DNA from: Octopus bimaculoides
Taxonomy: Eukaryota
Reading direction: 5' to 3'
DNA length: 64,000 nucleotides
Assembly: GCF_001194135.2 (NCBI RefSeq)
Contig: NC_068981.1
Span: 95,466,779 to 95,530,778 of the forward strand
In this document: piece after piece, positions 1 to 12,459 of the stretch
Position numbering within the stretch: the stretch's first letter is position 1
How the letters are laid out: the number at the start of each line of letters is the position of its first letter
Program-made: the position numbers and the translations under genes
Notes under the pieces: model-generated
Database searches by the model: none
Seen by the model: the letters and a program-made list of their open reading frames with translations, nothing else
Told to the model about the DNA's origin: nothing

Positions 1-38
<38 letters not shown>
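1..38. repeat. (CA)n microsatellite
   Basis: Pure CA run at the window start. Confidence 0.95.
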
Positions 39-39
<1 letters not shown>

Positions 40-1754
40 GTGAAAGATAATTATGTATAATTCTTTTAGCAATTTCGAACTCGCGTATCTACTACAACCA
101 ACAAGCTATTGGCTCATAGAATTCATTCGCTTCAGCGCTACACATTCAAAGAAGCTGTGATGGAATTTAGTCATTTATGTCTGTTGCTAGTAAGCCGCCA
201 TCGATAATTCTGTGGACGGTTAAAAGATAAGATCTATTTCGTTTCAATCCCTCCTCAAAGTCTGGCTGACACAGTTGGGGTCTTACATATTTAATGACAA
301 CTAAAGGATGATTCATACTAGCTAGCATTCTGCTACTTTCATGGTTATATTCTGCTTGAAGATGCCCCTTGTGTTGGTGTTAAACATACAAGGGAGGGCA
401 ATATTTTTGATTTAGCAACAATCATAAAAGCCTTAATGAATGCAAGCATTCTTCACAGATAATCGATGCAAGCATGGCATACATTTTATTGTCTTATATC
501 TATGTACGTATGTAATAATAGATGAATAATGGTATGTATGCATGTAGATACTATGTGTGTTTGTTTGTGTGTGCGTGCGTGCGTGCGTGCGTGTGTGTGT
601 GTGTGTGGATGGATGGATGGACAGCTGAAAGTTATAAGCTATCACAGAATATGCTATGTAAAATGGAACCAGTCAACTTGTGATTGTTATTGAGAGGAGA
701 GTAATATGTATTCCCACCCCCGGCTAATATTAGATAGTTGGTTGGATTTACATTAATACGGAAGTCATGCATCCTTGAAACATGTTCTAGAAGCATCTAA
801 GTCATCCCTTATTGAATATTTCTGGCAGCGTAACCAGGTTTTGAACATCTTGCAGATGTATATAAACAATAATGCAGCAAGGTCGGTGCAATGAGGATCG
901 ACAAAAAGTTGCACCTTGGTGCTCCCCACTTTAGCTTGATGTCAATGTCAAATAGATGCAAATAAGTCTGAAATAAGTGCTAAGCCATAGTACAACAACT
1001 TTGCAAAACTCCCGATCTTATGGCATGCTCTGACTTTGTAACACCTTTGGAAGGTAATATCAGCTGGGGAAGCACACAATGAAGTACAGTGTTTACAGTT
1101 CAGGAGGGAAGTCGTGGCTTTGTGGTTAGATCAACAATGTCCTACCTAGCCGGCTTTAAACTTAAAAGAGGCAGTAAAACGTGGATTGGCGTGCTTGAGC
1201 ATTGTGATTTGTGAAAACAGATGCCCACGTAATCATGAAATTTCAGGCATAAAAAATTCTTACTCAGAAAAGCTTTCAGATTTTTCTTCTTCAAAAGCAA
1301 GTCTTCGTCAAAAAACAAATAATATTAGAGAAAGAAATGCTGTTTAATATCCGATATTCAAATAATTCAGCTAACGAAATTATACAATACGAAAACAAGT
1401 TCTTCACAATAAATATAACTTAATCCCCAGTAAAAGTAAACTAACTAAATATAAGGTATATTATATGGACTAAATGTATTCTGGTTATAGAAATAAAACA
1501 TGTCTAAAACAAACTTTTCGAAATAATGCAATATGAAATACCCAAACGTAAACTATCGCTAGTATTTACAAAAACAAAGAAAAAGATATTACAGCACAGC
1601 ACAATATATATAATAAAACAAAATTCAATAAGAAACTATTGCCGACAACGCAACTAAACAGAATACGAACTATAGCTATATGATATGATTAGTCATGATG
1701 GTTGGCAAAAATCAGCAAATAGATAGCACTCTGGTAAACTAGAAGTTTATTTTT

Positions 1755-2640
1755 AGTTTGGCCGTCCTTCCAGACGTTGCTTCGATGATTTCACGCGAGC
1801 ACACCGTCCATCACGATCCCCACCCCTTCTGTATGTTCTTAACTCGTCAACATTTGCCATTCCACTGTCCTGAAGCAAATTGTCCACATAAGTTAGACGT
1901 TTTCTTCTCCTGTGGTTTCTTCTTTCAACTTATTGCTATGAGACCAGTTGACATTCAGGTTCTTCTGGTGCCTGACACAATGGTCAGCAATTTTCATTCT
2001 TCTCTGCTGCATTTCCTCAGTTACTTTGGGTAGATCTTGATACTGTTGCTCGTTGGTTAAGTGAGCTCTCCATGTAACATCCAGAGTAATTCTCAACAAT
2101 CTTGTGTGACAGCCATCTATTTGTTTTCCAAGCTTTTTGCACCATATAACAAAAGTGATTCTACCGTGGAAACGGACAACCTAATTTTCAATTTACGTGC
2201 CATCTTAGAACTCCATATTTTATGTAGTTTGTGACACATATTCCAAGCAAGTACCTTCCAGACAGCAGAGTCCTTTTCCCTACTTTCCATCCAAGCACCA
2301 ATATTAGAAGCTTCCTCAACTTCTTTTCTTGCAAAGAGGTGATTTGGTTGCTCGGGATCTTGATCAAATGTCTGATATGCAGTCTAATCTGAGTTACAGT
2401 ACAGGCCAATCTTTGCAGCTTCAAGTTCTACTCTGCTGAGCACTTCCTGAGTCCGATGCATTTCTTCAGAGATAAGAGCAATATCGTCTGCGAAGTCTAG
2501 ATCTGTAAGTGTCTTTGCTGTAACTCGTCTACTTCTCCGTCTTTCCAGCTTAAACACTGTTCCGACTATTTTTCTTGTAAGGCCTTGCGCACGGCGTACC
2601 AGAGCGCTCCATTAACCATTAAGCAAAGTAAGCACATGGT
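1755..2640 (-). mobile_element. Degenerate RTE-like non-LTR retrotransposon, RT C-terminal part
   Basis: Minus-strand translation gives KTLTDLDFADDIALISEE (FADD at 2483-2494), then ...VESLLLYG... and MLRITLDVTWRAHLTNEQ..., interrupted by stops and frameshifts. Confidence 0.8.
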
Positions 2641-2869
2641 TAGGGCATCAAGGGAAGTGGGGCGGAGGGGGGAGGGGCTCCACAGAAATGGTGAAACTGT
2701 TTGCGGTACGAATGAAATCAATTTAAAGTTGCTAAAATCATATTCAAAGTAGTTTATATGGTCGGATATATAATTTCGAGGTGGTCATGGTGTCATAGAG
2801 ACGATCTGATCAAAGACTTTGCAATTAAAAAAACGTAGGAGAAAACTTTTCAAACTTAAATAAAGTGGA

Positions 2870-3093
2870 AGTATACTCTCTTTTACTCTTTTACTTGTTT
2901 CAGTCATTTGACTGTGGTCATGCTGGAGCACTGCCTTTTAGTCGAGCTAATCGACCCCAGGACTTATTCTTTGTAAGCCTAGTACTTATTCTATCGGTCT
3001 CTTTTGCCGAACCGCTAAGTTACGGGGACGTAAACACACCAGCATCGGTTGTCAAGCAATGTTGGGGGGACAAACACAGACACACAAACATAT

Positions 3094-3127
<34 letters not shown>
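2870..3127 (-). mobile_element. SINE family C, 3' half
   Basis: Reverse complement of the 3' half of the full copy at 14440-14975 (…gtgctccagcatg…actgaaacaagtaaaag tail); runs into a microsatellite and gap. Confidence 0.8.
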
Positions 3128-3128
<1 letters not shown>

Positions 3129-3812
3129 NNNNNNNNNNNNNNNNNNNNNNNNNNNNNNNNNNNNNNNNNNNNNNNNNNNNNNNNNNNNNNNNNNNNNNNN
3201 NNNNNNNNNNNNNNNNNNNNNNNNNNNNNNNNNNNNNNNNNNNNNNNNNNNNNNNNNNNNNNNNNNNNNNNNNNNNNNNNNNNNNNNNNNNNNNNNNNNN
3301 NNNNNNNNNNNNNNNNNNNNNNNNNNNNNNNNNNNNNNNNNNNNNNNNNNTATATATAATTGTATTCCGGCTTTCGCTTTCATGTTTTGTTTTTAATAAC
3401 TGAGAGAGAAGGAGAGAGGTTAAAGAGGAAGAGAGAAATCGTTCAGGACTTTTAAGACCTGCCGCATCCTTTCCTGCTGGTTACTGTGCTGCCACTAGGG
3501 TGGTAAACTGTAAAGAAACTCGGCACTTGCTTAAAGGGCTTGCCGAGCACTCGCCATTTTTGTTGGATCCATAAAGAACCCACTTTTCCTTTTGCTTTTT
3601 CCGGTGTCGAGAGACACGATTTGAACTTGGAACGCACAAAGCCACAACGGATATCGGAAGCAATCCACCGCCTGGATTAGTACTTTATTTATCGACCTCG
3701 AAATAGTGAAAGTCAAAGTTGACCTCTGTCGGATTTAAACTCATACTGCAAGGCTTCTAACCAAAGTCCTTCATCTCTACTAATTCCCTGTTTTAATAAG
3801 TGGTTATTCTTT

Positions 3813-4021
3813 GGTGGGCGAGTTGGCAGAATCGTTAAAACGCCGGGCAAAATGCTTTCGTCCCTCTTTACATTCAAAGTTCAAATTCCGCCGAGGTCGA
3901 CTTTGTCTTTTATCCTTTTGGGGTCAATAAAATAAGTACCAGTTGAGCACTGGGCCTCAATGTAATCGACTAGCACCTTTCCCCGAACTTCCTGGCCTTG
4001 TGTCAAAATCTGAAACCAATA
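3813..4021 (+). mobile_element. tRNA-derived SINE family A
   Basis: Head ggcgagttggcagaatcg (A-box-like), gttcaaattcc (B-box-like), core tttatccttttggggtcaataaaataagtaccag, tail ggccttgtgtcaaaatctgaaacc; many near-copies in the window. Confidence 0.85.
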
Positions 4022-4519
4022 AGTGGTTATTTATGCAAATTTTTCCCCGGTGATGCTAAAATTCTTCAGGTTGTTACAAACTTCTCCGAATCTTCTATAT
4101 AAGCTTTGCGTATACAAAGTGTGAAAATAACTGAGCATAATTATCACTGGCAGTACATATACAGACCCCTCCCCCCATACACACACAAAAAAAAAACACC
4201 TCGAAGATACATATAGGAATTCACAAACACATACAATCTCTCTCTCTCTCTGCACCCCCATACACGAACACAGAAGAATACAGACACATATACAAACTTA
4301 CATGCACACACTTACACACAGACACATACACACGCACACAAGGGCAGACAGCTGGAGATATAATCGCATAATAGCACTAAAACATCATCAATCTCCTCCA
4401 TCCAACACGCAAGAATCGGTAAGAACCATCAACAAAAGCTCATAGACACAGACAGTAGTTTGTATACACATGATGGCACATCACGTCGTTTCACTGTACA
4501 TTCAATTAAAACCAAGCTA

Positions 4520-4657
4520 GCTCTCCCTCCCTCCACATCTCTTTCTGTCTGTCTGTCTCTCTGTCTGTCTCTCTCTCTCTCTCGCACTCATTCTCTCTTT
4601 CTCTCTGTCTTTCTCCTGTAAAATTCTTGCCAGTGAGTTTTATTTTCTTCTCTCTTT

Positions 4658-4697
<40 letters not shown>

Positions 4698-4699
4698 TC
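4520..4699. repeat. Compound pyrimidine microsatellite (CT)n/(CTGT)n/(TTTC)n
   Basis: Directly visible tandem runs. Confidence 0.85.
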
Positions 4700-5903
4700 G
4701 CTTCCCCTAAGTGGTCCCTTTACACAGAAGCTTGCTGAACATTATTTCAAACTGCGCCCATTCGTCAAATGCTTAAGTGAGCTGAAGAACTTACTGTAAA
4801 ACAACAGAAACAGCGTCATCTTGGCTGTTTGTAGTATGTTTTCCCTTTTCCTTTTTCTCTATTTCTATAACATTCAGTATGTTTCTCTCTGATCGATATT
4901 TTGTCAGCAACCGCTCCAAAATTTTTATTGATCAACCATTATTTCTCTATTATTACGGAAATATGAGATCCTAAAGGCTGAACCGTTCAATTCATTTTGT
5001 ATCCATCCCTTCTCTGTGGCATTTGGTGGAGCAACGATCCCGGCAAAACAAAAACAACAACAATAACGACAACATAAACGACAATAATGGCTCTTACAAC
5101 GATATGATAATAAGTTCTATGTTATTAACAAAAACTTTCTGAGTCATTGCACTGTAACAATTCATATGACCCATCGGACAGTGGTACTATTAGACCATAA
5201 GAACTCCCTAAAAATCATTCATCATCTCGCTCTCTCTCTCTTTCGCTCATTCTCTCTCTCTGTCTCTGTCTCTTTCTCCCAGGCCTACACATTCTACAAC
5301 GTTTATATACATATTTATACCAAATACTTGTGTTTTGTTGTCTCGGACATCATTCAATAGCAAGGAATCATATAAAGATACAATGTAAAATTATTCTTGC
5401 AATTTAAATTTAAAAAAAAAAAGAAAGAAATACACGGTATTTTAAAGTGCATTACATCTAATAAAACTTTTCAGTACAAACATATTCACCCACAAACAAA
5501 ATGCATATAACCAAACAGGTTAAAATATGATGATGCATTCTTCTGTAGCCCAATGATATACAAATTACATCTGTGGAAAGCAATTTAACACTATATGTAT
5601 ATATATATAATAGATACAAAAAGAAAAAAAAGTTCCTTAACTTGAGCCAAGGTTCAAGTTAATTAAAGTACAATCATTCACAAACGTCAATACACGCATT
5701 ATAGGAAATAATAACAAAAATGCATGTGTAAATTAACCGACAAATTTGCACACATGTTCTTGTTTCCCAGACATATGTTTGGATATGTAAAAACAAAAGG
5801 ATGCGCACACACCCATACAAACTGCAGCTTATATACATATACTCATGAACCCATATACACATAAATACACATGAGTGCATCATTTTACTTGTCTGATCAG
5901 ACA

Positions 5904-5945
<42 letters not shown>

Positions 5946-6324
5946 NNNNNNNNNNNNNNNNNNNNNNNNNNNNNNNNNNNNNNNNNNNNNNNNNNNNNNN
6001 NNNNNNNNNNNNNNNNNNNNNNNNNNNNNNNNNNNNNNNNNNNNNNNNNNNNNNNNNNNNNNNNNNNNNNNNNNNNNNNNNNNNNNNNNNNNNNNNNNNN
6101 NNNNNNNNNNNNNNNNNNNNNNNNNNNNNNNNNNNNNNNNNNNNNNNNNNNNNNNNNNNNNNNNNNNNNNNNNNNNNNNNNNNNNNNNNNNNNNNNNNNN
6201 NNNNNNNNNNNNNNNNNNNNNNNNNNNNNNNNNNNNNNNNNNNNNNNNNNNNNNNNNNNNNNNNNNNNNNNNNNNNNNNNNNNNNNNNNNNNNNNNNNNN
6301 NNNNNNNNNNNNNNNNNNNNNNNN

Positions 6325-6379
<55 letters not shown>

Positions 6380-6806
6380 GTATATATATATATCGATCTG
6401 TTTATTTTTATCTTCCCTTCACTTTCTATACGTATATGTAAATACATGTATATGGGTGTCTATTTGTATATACATTCTTACATATATGTATAAATATATA
6501 TATGTATGTATGTATATTTACACATACACTTATATCCGTAGATATGTAAAAACAAACGTACACGCACACTAACATATACACCACAGCGTATACCCATACA
6601 TTCATATATGCATAAACACATACGTACACACACATATATACAATTATTTATGTATGTATCTATATCTATATGTATGTATATATATATGTATGTACGTATC
6701 TACCTATCTATCTCTATATATACATACATATATATATGTATATCTGTATGCGTGTGTGTGTGTGAGTGCGCGAGTGCGCGTATGTGTGTGCGTGCGTATG
6801 AGCATG

Positions 6807-6843
<37 letters not shown>

Positions 6844-7120
6844 TTATGAATTTGTGTTGCAGTATTCCTGATGTGAAACCCTGTGCTGAAACAAATATTG
6901 TTGTATTTCAGGATGGTCTTTTTTTTATTACTGTTCGATGAAGAGGTCACAGATGTGTGACGAGAGATTTCCGGACAATGGACATGAATTCAAATAAGAA
7001 CAGTAATAAATGAATGAAGAACGAATTTACAGTGCGTGTGACCATCCTGAATTACAACAATATATATATATAATATGAGATATATATATATATATGTATA
7101 TATGTTTATATATATATATG

Positions 7121-7159
<39 letters not shown>

Positions 7160-7370
7160 NNNNNNNNNNNNNNNNNNNNNNNNNNNNNNNNNNNNNNNNN
7201 NNNNNNNNNNNNNNNNNNNNNNNNNNNTGTTATAAATTGACTCAATATGTATACACACACACACACACACACACACATACGCACATATATATATATATAC
7301 ACACAACTATATATATATGGATATATGTGTGTGTGTGTATATATCTATATATATATACTTTATACGTATA

Positions 7371-7635
7371 CAGTAATCCCTCTCCATATCGCGGTTCACC
7401 TATCGCGGTTCACCTATCGCAGTTCACCTATCGCGGTTCACCTATCGCGGTTTATTATTTCAGCTTACGTCGATTCCTCCGTGGTGTTGTTTTGTCTTTA
7501 TAGTAACATAAATATATACAAATTATAAAAATAATAAAAGAAAATATACAGTACAGTACTATTTCTACTTCGCGGATTATCACCTACCGCGGGGATGTTT
7601 GGAACGTAGCTTCCGCAATATTCGGGGGATTACTG
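7371..7635. mobile_element. pogo/Tigger-like MITE (265 bp) with TA TSD and an internal 14-bp tandem repeat
   Basis: Left TA|CAGTAATCCCTCTCCATATCGCGG; right end reverse complement TA|CAGTAATCCCCCGAATATTGCGG. (TATCGCGGTTCACC) x4.6 at 7387-7451. Confidence 0.85.
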
Positions 7636-7695
7636 TATACATATATATGTGTGTATATGTTTTCGTATATGTGTTGTATATATACATACATATAT

Positions 7696-7730
<35 letters not shown>

Positions 7731-8497
7731 NNNNNNNNNNNNNNNNNNNNNNNNNNNNNNNNNNNNNNNNNNNNNNNNNNNNNNNNNNNNNNNNNNNNNN
7801 NNNNNNNNNNNNNNNNNNNNNNNNNNNNNNNNNNNNNNNNNNNNNNNNNNNNNNNNNNNNNNNNNNNNNNNNNNNNNNNNNNNNNNNNNNNNNNNNNNNN
7901 NNNNNNNNNNNNNNNNNNNNNNNNNNNNNNNNNNNNNNNNNNNNNNNNNNNNNNNNNNNNNNNNNNNNNNNNNNNNNNNNNNNNNNNNNNNNNNNNNNNN
8001 NNNNNNNNNNNNNNNNNNNNNNNNNNNNNNNNNNNNNNNNNNNNNNNNNNNNNNNNNNNNNNNNNNNNNNNNNNNNNNNNNNNNNNNNNNNNNNNNNNNN
8101 NNNNNNNNNNNNNNNNNNNNNNNNNNNNNNNNNNNNNNNNNNNNNNNNNNNNNNNNNNNNNNNNNNNNNNNNNNNNNNNNNNNNNNNNNNNNNNNNNNNN
8201 NNNNNNNNNNNNNNNNNNNNNNNNNNNNNNNNNNNNNNNNNNNNNNNNNNNNNNNNNNNNNNNNNNNNNNNNNNNNNNNNNNNNNNNNNNNNNNNNNNNN
8301 NNNNNNNNNNNNNNNNNNNNNNNNNNNNNNNNNNNNNNNNNNNNNNNNNNNNNNNNNNNNNNNNNNNNNNNNNNNNNNNNNNNNNNNNNNNNNNNNNNNN
8401 NNNNNNNNNNNNNNNNNNNNNNNNNNNNNNNNNNNNNNNNNNNNNNNNNNNNNNNNNTATATATATATATATATATGCACATACATACATACATACA

Positions 8498-8531
<34 letters not shown>

Positions 8532-8860
8532 CTTCCTGTCGTACCTTCAATATTCTGTTTGTTATTCTACCAAAGTGTCCGGTGGTCTCAAAAAAGTTGA
8601 CAAATATCATTTTTGCACTGAGTAACGTTGTTAGTTCCTTCTTAAATCCCTCTATTTCTGTGAGTGAGATGAATTAACTTTAGTAATTTGATACTTTCAG
8701 GAAAACACGATGATATTTTTGTAACTTACGTGTTCATATTGTGCATGTATGTATGTATGTATGTATGTATGTATGTATGNNNNNNNNNNTGTATGTATGT
8801 ATGTATGTATGTATGTATGTATGTTTGTTTGTTATGTATGTATGTATGTATGTATGTATG

Positions 8861-9039
8861 TATAGTGAATGGGGAAAGCTTGGTCTGCAATGTTTGCAGT
8901 CGTGTATGCTTGTCAAGAGCAGGGCTCATTAGCTACCAAAGGAGCCGCAAATGCAAAATATAAGTTAGTCCTAGAGCGCACAATGTTCCTGAAGGTCGGC
9001 AATGGTCTTCCTCGGTCACGAGTGGACGGCCATCATCAT
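8861..9039 (+). mobile_element. 5'-truncated RTE (BovB-type) LINE 3' end inside (ATGT)n
   Basis: Encodes IVNGESLVCNVCSRVCLSRAGLISYQRSRKCKI* (stop 8961-8963), a C-x2-C…SH-type RTE C-terminus, then a short 3' UTR ending (CAT)n. Four mismatches against the copy at 51897-52075. Confidence 0.75.
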
Positions 9040-9069
9040 GTATGTATGTATGTATGTATGTATGTACGT

Positions 9070-9385
9070 GAAGGTGCATAGTTCAGTGGTTAGAGGGGCG
9101 GGCTCACATTTCAATCCCCGGACCGGACTGTGTGTTGTGTTCTTGAGCAAGACACTTTATTTCACATGATTCCAGTTCATTCAGTTGTAGAAATGAGTTG
9201 TGACGTCACTGGTTGCAAGCTGTATCGACCTGTGCCTTTCCCTTGGATAACATCGGTGGTGTGGAGAGGGGAGACTGGTATGCACAGGTGACTGCTGGTT
9301 TTCCATAAACAACTTTGCCCGGACTTGTGCCTCAAAGGGTAACTTTTATAGGTGCAATCCCATGGTCATTCATGACCGGTGGAGG
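9070..9385 (+). mobile_element. tRNA-derived SINE family D
   Basis: tagttcagtggttag head, ttcaatccc B-box-like motif, then gtgttcttgagcaagacactttatttcac module also seen at 29185-29300, 43250-43380 and on the - strand at about 33410-33480. Confidence 0.7.
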
Positions 9386-10159
9386 AGGGGGAGTCTTTAT
9401 CCTTTACTCTTTTTGTATGTATGTATGTATGTATGTATGTATGTATGTATGTATATATGTATGTATGTATGTACGTATGTATGTATGTATTTTTCGGTCG
9501 GTAGTTCATATATCCGAAAAAGTAGCGCACTCTAAAGCTTTAGAGCAGTATTTTATTTAGTAGCTTTTTTTTAATTATGGCCGGTTAGAGAGAGAGAGAG
9601 NNNNNNNNNNNNNNNNNNNNNNNNNNNNNNNNNNNNNNNNNNNNNNNNNNNNNNNNNNNNNNNNNNNNNNNNNNNNNNNNNNNNNNNNNNNNNNNNNNNN
9701 NNNNNNNNNNNNNNNNNNNNNNNNNNNNNNNNNNNNNNNNNNNNNNNNNNNNNNNNNNNNNNNNNNNNNNNNNNNNNNNNNNNNNNNNNNNNNNNNNNNN
9801 NNNNNNNNNNNNNNNNNNNNNNNNNNNNNNNNNNNNNNNNNNNNNNNNNNNNNNNNNNNNNNNNNNNNNNNNNNNNNNNNNNNNNNNNNNNNNNNNNNNN
9901 NNNNNNNNNNNNNNNNNNNNNNNNNNNNNNNNNNNNNNNNNNNNNNNNNNNNNNNNNNNNNNNNNNNNNNNNNNNNNNNNNNNNNNNNNNNNNNNNNNNN
10001 NNNNNNNNNNNNNNNNNNNNNNNNNNNNNNNNNNNNNNNNNNNNNNNNNNNNNNNNNNNNNNNNNNNNNNNNNNNNNNNNNNNNNNNNNNNNNNNNNNNN
10101 NNNNNNNNNNNNNNNNNNNNNNNNNNNNNNNNNNNNATATATATATACACATATGTGTA

Positions 10160-10390
10160 TGTGTGTATGTGTGTGGGGGTTTGTCCCCCACCACCGCTTT
10201 ACAAGCGGAGTTGGTTTTGTTTACAGCCCTGTAACTTAGAGGTTCGGCAAGAGACCGATAGAATAAGTACCAGGCTTAAAGATGAAAAAAAGTACTGGGG
10301 TCAATTCATTCGACTAAAAGCCCTTCAAGGCAGTGCCCCAGCATGGCCGCAGTCTAATGAGTGAAACAAGTAAAAAATAAAGATAGATAT
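10160..10390 (+). mobile_element. SINE family C, 3' half
   Basis: gtttgtcccccaccaccgc…aagtactggggtcaattcattcgact…cagcatggccgcagtctaatgagtgaaacaagtaaaa matches 14765-14975. Confidence 0.8.
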
Positions 10391-10924
10391 AAAGATGTAA
10401 TATATACGCTTTTATATATGTACAATCACACACCAGTGCATATGTATGTATATGCATGTATATATGTATGTTTGTATATGTGCACGCGCGTGTTCGTGTG
10501 TGCGTATAAAAAGCATACACACACGTGCGCTCGCACAAACACGCACACACTCACGCAAATATATATGTATATGTGTATTTATATGCATGTGTGCATATAT
10601 ATATATGTATATGTGTGTATGCGCGCGTGTGTGTTCATGATGAACTCCTCCGTCGTTAGACGACGTATGAGGGTGCGGCAGTTTCTTGCTGAACAACCTC
10701 ACAAATTATTTGTTTATAATGGTCAAATGTTTGTGTACACATAAGTTCACTCCCTCCATCAAATCGACATTACCTGAACAGGTGCATCGTGTGCCACATG
10801 TCAGATGACGTAATGATCGCAGTGCAACGTGAAATAAAGTGTTTTGCTCAAGAAAATAACGGAACGTCTGGTGTGGGAACTGAAACCTCGATCTCGCAAT
10901 CGTGCAAAACTCTCGCGCACAATT

Positions 10925-12170
10925 AATCATCACTTCTCGAATTTGGATGGTTGTTATCAGTTTTTCGAAAGACTCCGCCTCTGCTGCCAAGAATCGCGGC
11001 ATGCCCTCGAAGTAGGCATTGAAGTAAATCGTTCTGAACAATCGAACCAAGTGCTACTGAAGACCACATACATTTGCTTGGGATCGATTAAAACGTGCTC
11101 ATCATTATCCTCCGGAGATGAATTGTCGCTTAGTTGTAAATTTGAACCTCCACAGGCCGGGCCTATCGAACTAATTTCGTTTTTTTCGTATCACAAGCCT
11201 TTGCTTTGTGCTTCGCATTGAAGAATTGGTCAAGGGCTAATTTTGTCGCCAGCACATTTGTCATGATGTCTTTCAGTGGTTTTTCTCGGTTTCTGTCCAG
11301 GGTTCACTCAAGTCTAGTTTTTATAATTGTGCTTTTTATGGGTAAACTACCTTTTACTGTTGCTGACTGCCCCCGTCAACGACCGCTTAATTAATTCGCA
11401 AATCCATTCTCTGTAAGCTAGGCACGCCTATCTAGGCCGCCCGTACAGATCAAATTTGTTGTCCTTGTCTGTTTAGCCGACCACTTTGAATTGTTGACAG
11501 GCTATGCTATCATTGTCAGCTGGCCGATAGAAAACACTATCTAGATACGATCTGGAATACCTGATGTGGTTTGTCTATTGGCACATTCGGGAAATACAGT
11601 TAACACTTGTCAGAAGCATCCGAGCAGATTGCGAGGCTTTTGCATTCGTTCTTCTATCAGCTAACCCTACAGGATTCAAGCTTACATGCAAGATGCGTTT
11701 CAATTACACAGCAGCACTTCGCATTAGGATGTTCCGAAGAAGTATGCTAGACGCCTAAAGAAACTTGGCCGCACTGCCCCAGTTGGGGTGTGGATGGCTA
11801 TTACTCTGGAGGTATGGTCTTCGTTGCTGGTCACGTATAGTACCACCAGCTTACCGTCCAAGTCCAGGAAGACAGTCCATATCGCAAGATACAGATCTAG
11901 ATCTTCCCGAAACAATCTAGCAACTCCGCCTCCCGACGTGTGAACCTAGCAGTCACCAAACGTGGGCAAGAAGACTCAAACCTCGGAAGTTCTGATCTTG
12001 CTGATGGGCACCGCATCTACATACAGTGATCTAAAGTCACATTCATTTACTCTGCCCATATAAGTAAAGCCATGTTGGATGAGAAGGAAGAAATTGAGGA
12101 CTACTTAACATTATTCTTGTAAAATGACAGGTGTTCCGCCCTTCTGGCTAGTTGTGGGTGTTCCCATGAA
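10925..12170 (-). mobile_element. Degenerate Tx1/L1-clade LINE ORF2 (APE endonuclease plus linker)
   Basis: Minus-strand pieces: SGGGVARLF…LDLDGKLVVL…VIAIHTPTG…SFFRRL…FFGTS; SRSYLDSVF; LDRNREK…LATKLALDQFFNAKH; FNAYFEGMPRFLAAEAESFEKLITTIQIREVM. Many stops and frameshifts. Confidence 0.75.
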
Positions 12171-12459
12171 TAAATCTCAGTAGAGTCATTTGCTAACATT
12201 CTTTCGGAAATCTCCGATTACATCGTGATATTTGCTTTTTGCTAAGTTGTATGCCTTGTGTGCTGTTTTGATGATTTTTATGTGTCGGTATGTAATTTAC
12301 ATACGATGTGGCAATCGTATGTAGTGCTTATGTGTTGATGTATGTGGTTTGTTGATTTTTTTGTTGTTTGCGTCTATGGCTTTGTAGTTAAAGATTTCTT
12401 TTGTCTGTGTAAAGGATGCTGGTGTGACTGTTGGCACAGGTGTAAAATGAATTGTGCAA

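Noticed and set aside
740-1080. Faint RT-like words on - (AIRSGVLQSCC; HLQDVQNLV)
   Set aside because: Too degenerate, with no intact catalytic motif; possibly an old RTE relic but not supportable.
4470-4830. Promoter or first-exon-like unique region with a pyrimidine tract
   Set aside because: No diagnostic motif or reliable donor site; cannot be linked to the Ly6 gene from sequence alone.
5637-5662. 12-bp hairpin TTAACTTGAGCC-AA-GGTTCAAGTTAA
   Set aside because: No downstream CTRR as expected for a Helitron end; short AT-rich palindromes arise by chance.
7387-7451. Regular short repeats superficially resembling CRISPR
   Set aside because: Direct 14-bp tandem units without spacers, inside a eukaryotic MITE.
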